Made by a program: the position numbers and the translations under genes. DNA of 64,000 bases, taken from assembly GCA_944391115.1 (NCBI GenBank), contig CALXSJ010000018.1, positions 4,803-68,802 of the forward strand, in the 5' to 3' direction. Below, in pieces: positions 19,650 through 28,906 of the stretch (position 1 is its first letter; every line of letters starts with the position of its first letter). The notes below the pieces were generated by a model. It worked only from the letters and a program-made list of their open reading frames with translations, did not search any database and had not been told where the DNA came from. This DNA comes from an uncultured Victivallales bacterium (GTDB taxonomy: Bacteria > Verrucomicrobiota > Lentisphaeria > Victivallales > UBA1829).

Positions 19650-22303
19650 TTCTCAGCTCCTTCCGTCAGTTTCAGAATCCATTCAATTACCTGGAGCCGG
19701 GTCCATTCCGGATCGAATCCCGGCGTGTGAACGTTGATTTTGTCAAGCCATCTGTCCGCCGCGGCGGCAATCTTTTTCTTTTCCGCACTGCCGCTCTTTC
19801 CGGCCTTCCCGATCTCCTCCCGGAGTTTGGTGGCATAACGGACGTCATCAATGCCTTCACGGTATCCTTCCCAGGAGGGGGTGTCGACAACGCCGTCGGC
19901 CGTTCCTATGACGAAAGCAAGATCCGGTTCGACCCGGTTGTCAAAGTCATTCCAGGGATGCGCCGCGCTGACGTTGTAGGCATAGGTTGCAATGCCGTCG
20001 TAATTCGCCGTATAGACGCCGAAACCGAAATTGACACGATAGGGAAAAGGCTTTTCCTTCTGACCGGCCTGCGGATTGGCGTAATTCCAGATTCTTCCGC
20101 CCTTGGCATGCATGTCCCCGGAATAGAGCCTGTCGGGAACTCCGGAGGCGATCACGGTGCTGATTTTTCCCGCGATCTGCTTGACATTGGTCCGGACGGA
20201 GGTGGCAAAAACTCCCGCCCCCATCTCCCGCATATCCCGCCAGACTTCGAACTGCGCCGTCAGATAAGGTCCATGCGCCTCGTCCACACCGTAAAATTCG
20301 ACATCCTTGTGACCGATCAGGGCATGCGTCTCCTCAATCAATTTTTTCAGAATATCGCGGTGCTCCGCACTTTTGTAAAGATGGCGGAATCCGAAATTCC
20401 CTCCCGTATGCAGAAACAGCGGACGCGTCTCCATGCCTTCCTCCTGCAGAATCTGAAGACAGCGCCTGAAGTAGGCGCGATCCTGATCCGTAACGGTATT
20501 GACTTTTCCGCCCTCCTCTGCGGAACCCCATTTATTCCAGTCCCAGCGAGGCAGATTGAATGCCATCACAATCGTGGGATAACTCACCCCGTGATCGCGC
20601 AGATTCCGGAGTTCCGCGCGGAACTGCTGTTCATTCCGCCCGCACGAGGTCAGGGAGCCCGGCGCGTTTTTGTCAAAGAGGTTGTGCCAGTTGTGACGGT
20701 AATAGATGCCCGTGAAGAATCTGCGGTTCAAATCGTAATTGGTTTTCGGAACGGGCAGTTCGAACGGCAGGACGCGGAGCTTGACAGGAATCGCAGCAAG
20801 GGTTCCGCCTTCGGAGTTCAGCTGAAGCGTCGCATGATACAGCCCCGGAGCGGCATCCGCGGGAGGACGCACGGTCAGCCAGTACTGGCGGTTGAAATGT
20901 TTCTTCAGCGAAATCGGACGGATTGTCTTCGCGTCATAGACGGGATTCTCTTTCGCGGACAGATATTCCTCGAAGCGGAAACTGTCGCCGTATTTGCTGA
21001 TCCACTGATATTTTTCACCATCCGGGAAGCTGAGGCGGAGATAGTTTTCCATCTTCTCGTAATCCACCTTGACCAGCGCGTCGTCATGCAGCAGAAGCAC
21101 CGGCTTGAGAGCACGGATATGGCGGTTGGCGGTATCGGCGCCGGCCTGCACAATCACCTTGACGATCCGGATATCCGCGATGGAGGCGGGCAGAGTTTTT
21201 CCGTCCTTTGTCCTGAACTCGCTCAGAACCGGAAGAAATCCGGGAATATCCCGCTGCGGACATACGAGAAAGGAGGCCGGCTCAAATTCATTTTTCGCCG
21301 CGACGATCTGCAGCGGCCGGTTGATGGAATCCTTCGGCGGCAGAGAGTCCGGCAGGAAAGTCTCGGGCCCCATGGGATTCACGACGCCGTAATAAAGCGG
21401 AGCGGAACTCCCGCCGGAAAGCTGCCGGTTCTCCCGAAGCCGGAGAGCCTTCTTCTGAATTCCGGCGACCGCTGAAAGCGGCAGATTCTTCTGCGCGAGA
21501 AGCGCCTCAATCTCCGCTTTCAGCTCGGGCGCGTCCGCGGCATACTGCTTCAGAATGCCGAGCGCAATATCCCGTTCCTGCACATTGATCTGTTCCGGGG
21601 TGAGAGCCTGCGCATACATCCGTGTTCTTCCGATCATGCCCGCGAACGGCGAATAAAAGGGAAGGCTTCCAAGGACCAGGGGATCCCTGCGGAGATTCAG
21701 AGGGAGCAGTTTCCCCTTCCGGTAGACGTCGCTGTCGCGGGAGGCCTTCTGCTCGCCGTTCAGGTAAAGGGCAAGCTTTCCTCCGCTGACCGAATATGTG
21801 ACGGCAATATGATTCCAGATTCCCGGCTCCATATCGCGCAGTTCCGAAACGGTGATGAAATAACGGTCCTTGCCGTCCGCATCCCGGACGGTGAACTGCG
21901 CGCTCACCCGCCGGTTCTTCGCAAGTTCCGCTCGCCAGTTCCAGCCCCGGGAGAAAAATCCGCAGGCCCGCTTGTTTTTCGGCGCGCTCTCATCCGGCAG
22001 ACGGTCATATTTCACCCACATGCCGATGGTAAGCTCATTGGAGACTTCCATCTTGTCCGTGGCGGGAAACACCGCTCTGGAATAAATGTCCCCCGGAAGG
22101 GACAGCGCCTTTCCGAATATGGCGTCAACGATTTTCGCCTCTTTTTCCAGTTTCCCCGGAGAACCGGGATCCACCTCATTCATCACGCCTCCCGATTCAT
22201 TCGTGCGGAAGACGGTTTCAAATACAGGCTGCTGCGCTTCCGCGCAGAACAGCCACCACGAGGCGGCAAGCGCCGCCAGATGTTTCCAATGCATTCTTCT
22301 CAT
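19646..22303 (-). CDS. Secreted LamG + GH123/DUF4091-like glycoside hydrolase, cassette A
   Basis: LamG motif (WNHIAVTY..LYLNG), AAKNEFEPASF, FYGVDE, WEGYREGIDDVRY. Confidence 0.65.
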   Translation of the reverse strand: MRRMHWKHLAALAASWWLFCAEAQQPVFETVFRTNESGGVMNEVDPGSPGKLEKEAKIVDAIFGKALSLPGDIYSRAVFPATDKMEVSNELTIGMWVKYDRLPDESAPKNKRACGFFSRGWNWRAELAKNRRVSAQFTVRDADGKDRYFITVSELRDMEPGIWNHIAVTYSVSGGKLALYLNGEQKASRDSDVYRKGKLLPLNLRRDPLVLGSLPFYSPFAGMIGRTRMYAQALTPEQINVQERDIALGILKQYAADAPELKAEIEALLAQKNLPLSAVAGIQKKALRLRENRQLSGGSSAPLYYGVVNPMGPETFLPDSLPPKDSINRPLQIVAAKNEFEPASFLVCPQRDIPGFLPVLSEFRTKDGKTLPASIADIRIVKVIVQAGADTANRHIRALKPVLLLHDDALVKVDYEKMENYLRLSFPDGEKYQWISKYGDSFRFEEYLSAKENPVYDAKTIRPISLKKHFNRQYWLTVRPPADAAPGLYHATLQLNSEGGTLAAIPVKLRVLPFELPVPKTNYDLNRRFFTGIYYRHNWHNLFDKNAPGSLTSCGRNEQQFRAELRNLRDHGVSYPTIVMAFNLPRWDWNKWGSAEEGGKVNTVTDQDRAYFRRCLQILQEEGMETRPLFLHTGGNFGFRHLYKSAEHRDILKKLIEETHALIGHKDVEFYGVDEAHGPYLTAQFEVWRDMREMGAGVFATSVRTNVKQIAGKISTVIASGVPDRLYSGDMHAKGGRIWNYANPQAGQKEKPFPYRVNFGFGVYTANYDGIATYAYNVSAAHPWNDFDNRVEPDLAFVIGTADGVVDTPSWEGYREGIDDVRYATKLREEIGKAGKSGSAEKKKIAAAADRWLDKINVHTPGFDPEWTRLQVIEWILKLTEGAEK

Positions 22304-22391
22304 ATCAAATCCCCTTCAAAAGTGTTTTGATTTTCAAGGCAGTCATGGTTCCGCATCGATACTTTCTTCCGGAATCGGAAGAGGGTCCGTG

Positions 22392-23198
22392 TCATTTGAA
22401 CGGCCGCAGAATGCGGGCATTGCAGTTCAGCGGCTTGTCAGGGGCAAACCCCTGAAAGTAATGCTTCCCGTAATACTCCACATGTCCGTCAAGCAGCAGC
22501 CCGTTCAATCCCAGAGCGTGGCGGATGCTCCACTTGTAGGCTCCGCCTCCGTAAGTCGGTCCGTCCCCGGCAATCAGAGTGAGAGCAGGTTCCGGAATAC
22601 TCGAAAGCTTGAACATTTTGTTTTCCAAATCGCTTTTTTTCGCCCGGACAAACATATCATCGTTCAGCCCGTAGTCGGAATAAAGCAAACTCTGGTTTTC
22701 CGCCGGACAGTGCATGATCGTCCTGAACATTCTGTAGCCCATTCCGTCTCCGGTATAAAGCGGAATATATCCGTTTTTCCCCATGAAATCAGCCCATTGC
22801 CTGCGGGACTGGGGACGCTCGGAGCCTTCGGAAGCGAACAGATTCCAGCTCGAACCGGGACACCAGTCGTCATAATCATGCGCATAATTGAGAAATCCGA
22901 GAAAAAGCTGTTTTTCATTCCCTCTGCACTGGACCCCGTATGCGCGCTCCCGCGCCTTGCCCAGTGCGGGCAGAAGCATTCCCGCAAGAATCGTGATGAT
23001 CGCAATCACGACAAGCAGCTCTATCAATGTGAACCCGCAAACGCTCCATCCCCCATAAAGCGGAAATCCAGCGGAAAACCCTTTTTCAATGCCGCCTGAC
23101 GGCAGACGTCCCGCCGCACGGCATTCCCCGGAGCGGGCGCCGTGTTTCCGCCAGTCCTTCCGGCCGGCGCACAAAACCGTTTGAAGCGAAACTTTCAT
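22392..23198 (-). CDS. Prepilin-type H-X9-DG protein, cassette A
   Basis: [34 protein letters not shown]; start at MKVSLQ with an AAGGTG RBS. Confidence 0.9.
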   Translation of the reverse strand: MKVSLQTVLCAGRKDWRKHGARSGECRAAGRLPSGGIEKGFSAGFPLYGGWSVCGFTLIELLVVIAIITILAGMLLPALGKARERAYGVQCRGNEKQLFLGFLNYAHDYDDWCPGSSWNLFASEGSERPQSRRQWADFMGKNGYIPLYTGDGMGYRMFRTIMHCPAENQSLLYSDYGLNDDMFVRAKKSDLENKMFKLSSIPEPALTLIAGDGPTYGGGAYKWSIRHALGLNGLLLDGHVEYYGKHYFQGFAPDKPLNCNARILRPFK

Positions 23199-23247
23199 GG
23201 ATGTCACCTTTCTCATAAGTCGGCATCTGATTTCTCTTCCTTTCAAT

Positions 23248-23323
23248 ATTATAAACAGAAAAGGAAAATCCGCAATAGAAAAATTTATCATAATTTTGAT
23301 AAAAACTTTCACTTTTCTGCATC
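23248..23323 (-). promoter_or_regulatory. Sigma70 promoter with an upstream 38-bp putative activator site
   Basis: Minus strand TTGCGG-16-TATAAT (23275-23248); the motif at 23286-23323 matches 44494-44531 at 33/38 positions. Confidence 0.65.
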
Positions 23324-23393
23324 TGTTTTTCCGGCATCCCTGGAATTCCGGAATCCGTATGCTATGTTACGGGAAAACAGGGAACGGAGAAAG

Positions 23394-24290
23394 ATGAAAA
23401 AGCCGCAGCTGAATACATTCCGGAAACAGAGAAACCTGTCGGGAGATTATGACGAGCTCTTTTATGTAAACACCCGCCTGACCCCGCAGTTCCAGCAGAA
23501 CGCCCTTTACATTCACGCCTACGGGGAATCCTGCCTGTTTCCCGGGGGGAAAACGCATATGAATCTGGCGAACCGGCATTTTACAACATATTCCCTGGAA
23601 ATGATCGTAAGCGGACGGGGGAGACTTCAGCGGAGCGACGGAGAGTATCCGCTTTCCCGGGGTTCGTTTTTCATCATTCAGGCCTCCCGTTCCGCCCATG
23701 TATACGCGGAGAAGGACGAGGAGCTCCGGAAGCTGGTGGTGACCATCGAACGGGGGAGCATCGTATCGCTCCTCTGCAACCACGACTATCTGGTGGAAAA
23801 CGCGGTGATCCAGCTGCACGATCCGGAGCGCGTCATGGAAATCTATCATGCCATCCGGGAACTCTGCGTCAGCGGACACCCATATCAGCAGTATGAGCTC
23901 TCCACGCAGGCCTACCGCCTTCTGACAGAAATCGGCCGCCAGCACCGGATCAATCCGGGCAGGCTTTCGCTCTGGGCCCTGATCTCCCAGATCACGGCAA
24001 ATCCGAATGCGGAATACACGCTGGACACGCTTGCGGAACGCTGCGGCATCAACATCCGCACGCTGAACCAGCGTTTCATCGACTCCATCGGCATGCCTCC
24101 GATGCGGTTCGTCATCCGGAAACGCATGGAATACGCCCGGGATCTGCTGCTCTCCGAATCGCTCCCCGTTTCCCTGATCGCGGAGGAATGCGGATATAAG
24201 AATCCGGCGTTTTTCTCCCGGGAATTCAAACGGCACTTCGGCGTTTCTCCGAGCCGTTTTCTGCGCTCCCTGGAAGCGGAGAAAAGCTGA
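23394..24290 (+). CDS. AraC family transcriptional regulator
   Basis: C-terminal IAEECGYKNPAFFSREFKRHFGVSP; paralog of 42364-43287. Confidence 0.9.
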   Translation: MKKPQLNTFRKQRNLSGDYDELFYVNTRLTPQFQQNALYIHAYGESCLFPGGKTHMNLANRHFTTYSLEMIVSGRGRLQRSDGEYPLSRGSFFIIQASRSAHVYAEKDEELRKLVVTIERGSIVSLLCNHDYLVENAVIQLHDPERVMEIYHAIRELCVSGHPYQQYELSTQAYRLLTEIGRQHRINPGRLSLWALISQITANPNAEYTLDTLAERCGINIRTLNQRFIDSIGMPPMRFVIRKRMEYARDLLLSESLPVSLIAEECGYKNPAFFSREFKRHFGVSPSRFLRSLEAEKS

Positions 24291-24296
24291 GGACGC

Positions 24297-24317
24297 CCGC
24301 CGCCGTCCCGGCGGCGG
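24297..24317. terminator. GC hairpin between convergent genes
   Basis: CCGCCGCCG-TCC-CGGCGGCGG; no clear U-tract. Confidence 0.35.
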
Positions 24318-24362
24318 ACCTGTCTTCCAAAGGATGGATCCGCAGACACGGATCCTCCGGAA

Positions 24363-25304
24363 TCATTCCTCAAAGAAACGCTTCATCATGCGCCGCTCTT
24401 CCGCCTTCGCTTTTTTCTCCGCAAGCTTCTCGATCTTCGCCATGAGTTCCGCAAGCTCCAGAGAATGTTTCGGATAATCGGCGGGAACGGCATAGATTTT
24501 TTCGATGGCAAGCATCGTCTCCCGGTTTTCGGCCAGAATCGGTTTCCAGGAAGGATCCCGGCGGATGGTACTCCAGCGGCCGACAAGCGAAAGCCAGTGC
24601 GGACTGAAAAGTGAACGGCGGATTATGGCGGTGCGTTCGCGGGGAGCCGGGCGGAACAGGATCCGGCCGTAATACTCCGTGGACTTCAGAGCCTCCTTCT
24701 GATAGGTCCAGGTGCTGTACTGGCGGCTCGGAGTTGCGTAGCGGCTCACGGTGAAGGCGAGCTCCACGGGGCGGACATCCGGCGCCAGGCCGAGAAGATA
24801 GAAGGGAAAGCACACTTCGCTGGTCCAGCGGTCCGCGAGCCTCTTCGAAGCGCCCTGCCAGGCGGTCATGAAATTGGTGCGTTTCGTCACCGACCCCGGC
24901 ATCTCCTGATTGGTCAGTCCGCTTGAGCTCACTGCAAGATGCATCAGCTCCCCCTTGCGCGGGAACAGAAAGAATTCCAGGACGTCGAAGTTCCAGAACT
25001 CGTCCGCATTGACCTCCGGCTTGAGCTTGTCCATTTGCGGTTCCATGCATTCAAAGGCCAGATAGAGAGCGTCATCGGTGTAAAGCGCCTTGAAACGCGT
25101 TTCAACCGCAGCGGGAACGCCGGTTTTGAAGACCCGGAAGCGTTCGGCTGTCCACGGGATTTTTTCCCATGCGGGGTCCTGCGCCACGATTCCGTCCATC
25201 TTCGGCGCGACGGGCGAATAGGAGGCCTCATACTTCTGCGCCTGCAGCGCGGCGGCGGCAAGACAGGCGCCAAGGATCAGAAAATGTTTCATCTGGAAAT
25301 TCAT
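24363..25304 (-). CDS. Secreted CBM9-like domain protein, cassette B
   Basis: PKMDG, TRFKALYTDDALYLAFEC, DVLEFFL; paralog of 18720-19649. Confidence 0.7.
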   Translation of the reverse strand: MNFQMKHFLILGACLAAAALQAQKYEASYSPVAPKMDGIVAQDPAWEKIPWTAERFRVFKTGVPAAVETRFKALYTDDALYLAFECMEPQMDKLKPEVNADEFWNFDVLEFFLFPRKGELMHLAVSSSGLTNQEMPGSVTKRTNFMTAWQGASKRLADRWTSEVCFPFYLLGLAPDVRPVELAFTVSRYATPSRQYSTWTYQKEALKSTEYYGRILFRPAPRERTAIIRRSLFSPHWLSLVGRWSTIRRDPSWKPILAENRETMLAIEKIYAVPADYPKHSLELAELMAKIEKLAEKKAKAEERRMMKRFFEE

Positions 25305-25310
25305 CCTTTC

Positions 25311-27968
25311 TTACAGATTCATCAGATCGAGTGTTTTGTCAATGATCCGCCAGCGGACGTTCCGCGGATCGAATTCGGAGCTGTGCGGATTCAGCGAATC
25401 CAGATATTCGGCGGCCTCCTCCGCAAGAGCGCGGAGCCGGGCGTCGCCTTTCCTGGCACGGGCGATTTCCTGCCGGAGCCGGGTCGCATAGCGGATGTCG
25501 TCGGTCCCCTCCCGGTGTCCCTCCCAGGCGGGAGTGTCCACCACGCCGTCGGCCGTCGGAAACACGTAGATGCAGCCGGTTCCGTGCCCGAAGGTGTTCC
25601 ATCCCAGCTGCGCGCCGTAATGGTTGAAGCTGTAGGAGCAGACCCCGTCATGATCCGTGAAATAGAGCTGAAGACCGTAATTGAGCCGGTGGACCGCCGC
25701 CTTGTCGTTCCTTCCCGGCGTGGGGAAGGGATTGGCGTATTTCCAGACAAGGGCATTGTCCTTGTGCACAGCCTCTGCGGTTTTCCTGTCGGGCTTGTGG
25801 CAGAAGTTGATGACGGAGATCCCGCGCCCGGCAAGCAGATGCAGATTCTCCGGCTTGGCCGTGACAAAGATCTTCGCGCCGAGTTTCGTCATATCCTCCC
25901 AGACCGGATACTGAGCTTTGATGCGCTCTCCTTCCGCCTCGTCCACGGCATAGAAAATGACATCCCGGTGTCCGAGCTCCTTCTGGCAGAAATCCAGCGT
26001 CTTCGCGACGATCTCCTTCAAATTCGCGAAATCGCGTTTCCGGTCATAGAATTCACGGTATCCGAAATTGCCCCCCGTATGCAGAAGCAGCGGATTCGTC
26101 CACATTCCGACCTCTTTCAGAAGCCGGAAACGTTTCCGGTTCAGTTCCAGTTCCTCCTCCGTGGGATCCGGTTTCGGTGTGCCGTGCGGATATTTTTTGT
26201 TCCAGGGCGGATAGACGGCGGGAAAGCTGAACGCCATGATCGTCGTCGGCAGGCGCACGCCGTGCGCATACATGTTCTGAAGATCGGCCCGGGTCTGCGC
26301 AACGGTCCGTCTGCCGCAGCCGACGGTGCCGTCGCCCTTGTCCACCATGGTGTTGAAATAGTAGGTGCTGACCTGGAACGGGCGGGAGAGATCGTAGTTG
26401 GTCTTCGGTTCGGGCAGCTCGAACGGGAGCACTCTCACCTTGAGCGGAATCGACCCGATCGTCTTTCCTCCGGAAGTGAGCCGGATGCGGGATTCATAAA
26501 GCCCCGGCTTTGTGTCTTTTTCCGTTTTCAGCGTGATCCAGAACTGCTGGTTGACGCCGGATTTCAAATCGAGAGCCTGAAGCGTTTTCGCATCGCGGAT
26601 CGGATATTTCCCTGCGGAAAGCTGACGGCCGTTCGGTCCGCCCTTTTCGTCGCTGATGCAGATGTATTTCTCCCCGTCCGGAAAACTGAGGCGGATATAG
26701 TTGTGCATGGCTTCCGGATCGACGCGGACCAAAGCGTCGTCGTAAAGCAGGGCAAGAGGCTGCAGCGTCCGCAGCGCGCCGGGACCGCGGTTGTAGCTGC
26801 CGCAGGCCACCATGACCTTGACCAGACGGATGTCAAGCGCGGACGCGGGAAGCGTGTGCCCCTCTTTGCTCTTCAGGTCCTCCGCAACGGGAAGAAAGCG
26901 GGGAAGGTCCTTCAGCGGCCGGAGCAGAAAGGATGCCGGCTCATACTCGTTCCGCGCAGCCAGGATCAGGAGTTTTCCGTTGAGCCCCTCCGCGGGAAGC
27001 GGCGTATCCAGCGTGAAGGTCTCCGCTCCCATCGGATCGACGATGCTGTATGCGTAAAATTCATTTGCCGCCTTTCCGCTGTGCAGAAGGGAACTCATGT
27101 CGCAAAGGCTTTTCCGTTCCCGCCGGCAGCGCTCCAGCTCTTGGAAGGGAATCACGGGAAGCTGGAGAAGCTTGTCGATCCGTGCGGCGAGAGCGCCGGA
27201 ATTCTCCAGTCCCGCAAGTTCTTTTTTCAATCCGAGAAGCTGCTTCCGCACCAGATCCTGCTCCGAGGCCGCGATCTGCTCCCCGGACAGCGCTTCCGCA
27301 TACAGTCTCGTGCGTCCGACCATGCCCTTGAAAGGCCAGAAGCCCTTGACCGAACCGAAATACAATCCCTCTTTGAAATCAACGGGTACGGGGGATTCCT
27401 TTTTCCAGTTCATGCTTTTTGCGGCAACTTTCCGCCCGTTGATGAACAGTTCGTAACGCTTTTCCCCCACGGAATACGTATAGGCGAAATGCATCCACTC
27501 TCCCGGGACGGCCTGCTTCACGGGACCGTTGAGCGGATAGCGCTGGAGCGCATTTCCCTGTATTTTCCCTTCGTGGCTGATGATGCCGTAGAAACGCCAG
27601 CCCCGGCAGAGGAAGCCGTAACAGCGCCGGGAGCGCTCGCCCGCGCCGTCCGGATAGTCGTCAATCCGGAACCACGCCGAAAATGTGAACGTTTCCGGCG
27701 TGCGGATTTTTTCCGTATCCGGAAATTCAATCCGGATTCCGGGTTTTGCCTCAAACTTTGCCGCCCGCCCGATTTCCGTATCCAGAATCGCCACCTTTCC
27801 GCCGATGATCCTTCCGGGAGATGCGGGAGAGACGTTGTCGATGACTCCGCCCTTCGCATCCACCTGAAAATCCGTCTCAAAGACCGCCTGCGGACGATCG
27901 GCGCACCAGGCGCCCGCCGACAAAAGCAGCGGCAAGGCAAAAACACTCTTCCATGAACCTCTCTTCAT
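25311..27968 (-). CDS. Secreted LamG + GH123/DUF4091-like glycoside hydrolase, cassette B
   Basis: WMHFAYTY, AARNEYEPASF, FYAVDE, WEGHREGTDDIRY; same 885-aa length as the cassette A paralog. Confidence 0.65.
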   Translation of the reverse strand: MKRGSWKSVFALPLLLSAGAWCADRPQAVFETDFQVDAKGGVIDNVSPASPGRIIGGKVAILDTEIGRAAKFEAKPGIRIEFPDTEKIRTPETFTFSAWFRIDDYPDGAGERSRRCYGFLCRGWRFYGIISHEGKIQGNALQRYPLNGPVKQAVPGEWMHFAYTYSVGEKRYELFINGRKVAAKSMNWKKESPVPVDFKEGLYFGSVKGFWPFKGMVGRTRLYAEALSGEQIAASEQDLVRKQLLGLKKELAGLENSGALAARIDKLLQLPVIPFQELERCRRERKSLCDMSSLLHSGKAANEFYAYSIVDPMGAETFTLDTPLPAEGLNGKLLILAARNEYEPASFLLRPLKDLPRFLPVAEDLKSKEGHTLPASALDIRLVKVMVACGSYNRGPGALRTLQPLALLYDDALVRVDPEAMHNYIRLSFPDGEKYICISDEKGGPNGRQLSAGKYPIRDAKTLQALDLKSGVNQQFWITLKTEKDTKPGLYESRIRLTSGGKTIGSIPLKVRVLPFELPEPKTNYDLSRPFQVSTYYFNTMVDKGDGTVGCGRRTVAQTRADLQNMYAHGVRLPTTIMAFSFPAVYPPWNKKYPHGTPKPDPTEEELELNRKRFRLLKEVGMWTNPLLLHTGGNFGYREFYDRKRDFANLKEIVAKTLDFCQKELGHRDVIFYAVDEAEGERIKAQYPVWEDMTKLGAKIFVTAKPENLHLLAGRGISVINFCHKPDRKTAEAVHKDNALVWKYANPFPTPGRNDKAAVHRLNYGLQLYFTDHDGVCSYSFNHYGAQLGWNTFGHGTGCIYVFPTADGVVDTPAWEGHREGTDDIRYATRLRQEIARARKGDARLRALAEEAAEYLDSLNPHSSEFDPRNVRWRIIDKTLDLMNL

Positions 27969-27982
27969 TCCACTTCCTTTCC

Positions 27983-28786
27983 TTATTTGATGAACGGCTC
28001 GAAATTCATTTTAGACTTGTATGTCCAGTCCGTGACCTGCTTCAGAGCATAATTGACATTGCCTGCAGTAAAGATGTTTCTCTGGTATGTCGCGGCATGT
28101 CCGTCAAGCAGTCCGGCGTTGAAGCTGAAATTCGGATGACAGAGCAGCGGAGTCTCCGAGACATAGCCGGGAGAGTCAAAGATCCAGGCGACACGTGCGG
28201 GATATGCAACAGTGGAAAGTTTCAGAATGTTCGGTGTGACTCCGTTCACTTCCGTAATCAAGGCTTTCGCCCCGGTAATGTAGATAGTACTGCCGTTGGG
28301 TTTGGAAAGCCAGAGATTGATGCAGTAATTGACTCCCAGACACGGGGTGCCGTTTTCCGCTGTGCAGCCGGTTCCGGCGGGGCAGGCTCCGAACCCCTTC
28401 TGCAGCGTCTTGTAGGTGGTGATTTTGAGATAACCGAGTGCGTAAGGATTGTCCTTTCTGCTGCCGAGACGGCCGATCCATGATGTATCAGCAGCGAACT
28501 TGTCGCTCGAACCGGAGTCCAGGAACGGATACCGGGAGCCGAAAATCCAGTCGTTGTAATCCGCCGCATATTGATGACAGCCGCCGAGAACCATCTGGCG
28601 GATCTGGGAAAGACACGAGATCGCATTCGCCTTTTCCTTCGCCATTTTCAGTGCGGGCAGAAGCATTCCCGCCAGAATCGCAATAATCGCAATCACAACC
28701 AGGAGCTCAATTAAAGTGAAACCGTTTCCCGAAATTCCCCGTCCGGAACGGCGGGAATCCCCTCCTGACTCTCTTTTTCTCTTCAT
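27983..28786 (-). CDS. Prepilin-type H-X9-DG-like protein, cassette B
   Basis: [44 protein letters not shown]; GGAGGA RBS. Confidence 0.9.
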   Translation of the reverse strand: MKRKRESGGDSRRSGRGISGNGFTLIELLVVIAIIAILAGMLLPALKMAKEKANAISCLSQIRQMVLGGCHQYAADYNDWIFGSRYPFLDSGSSDKFAADTSWIGRLGSRKDNPYALGYLKITTYKTLQKGFGACPAGTGCTAENGTPCLGVNYCINLWLSKPNGSTIYITGAKALITEVNGVTPNILKLSTVAYPARVAWIFDSPGYVSETPLLCHPNFSFNAGLLDGHAATYQRNIFTAGNVNYALKQVTDWTYKSKMNFEPFIK

Positions 28787-28906
28787 GATTTCATCCTCCT
28801 TTTTTATTTTCCCGGTTGTGCGTTGCGCGGGCGGCCCCCGGCTTCATTCCACAGCGCATAAATGGAATGACTCCTTTCATTTCTCCGCCTCGCCGTTATC
28901 CATGAT

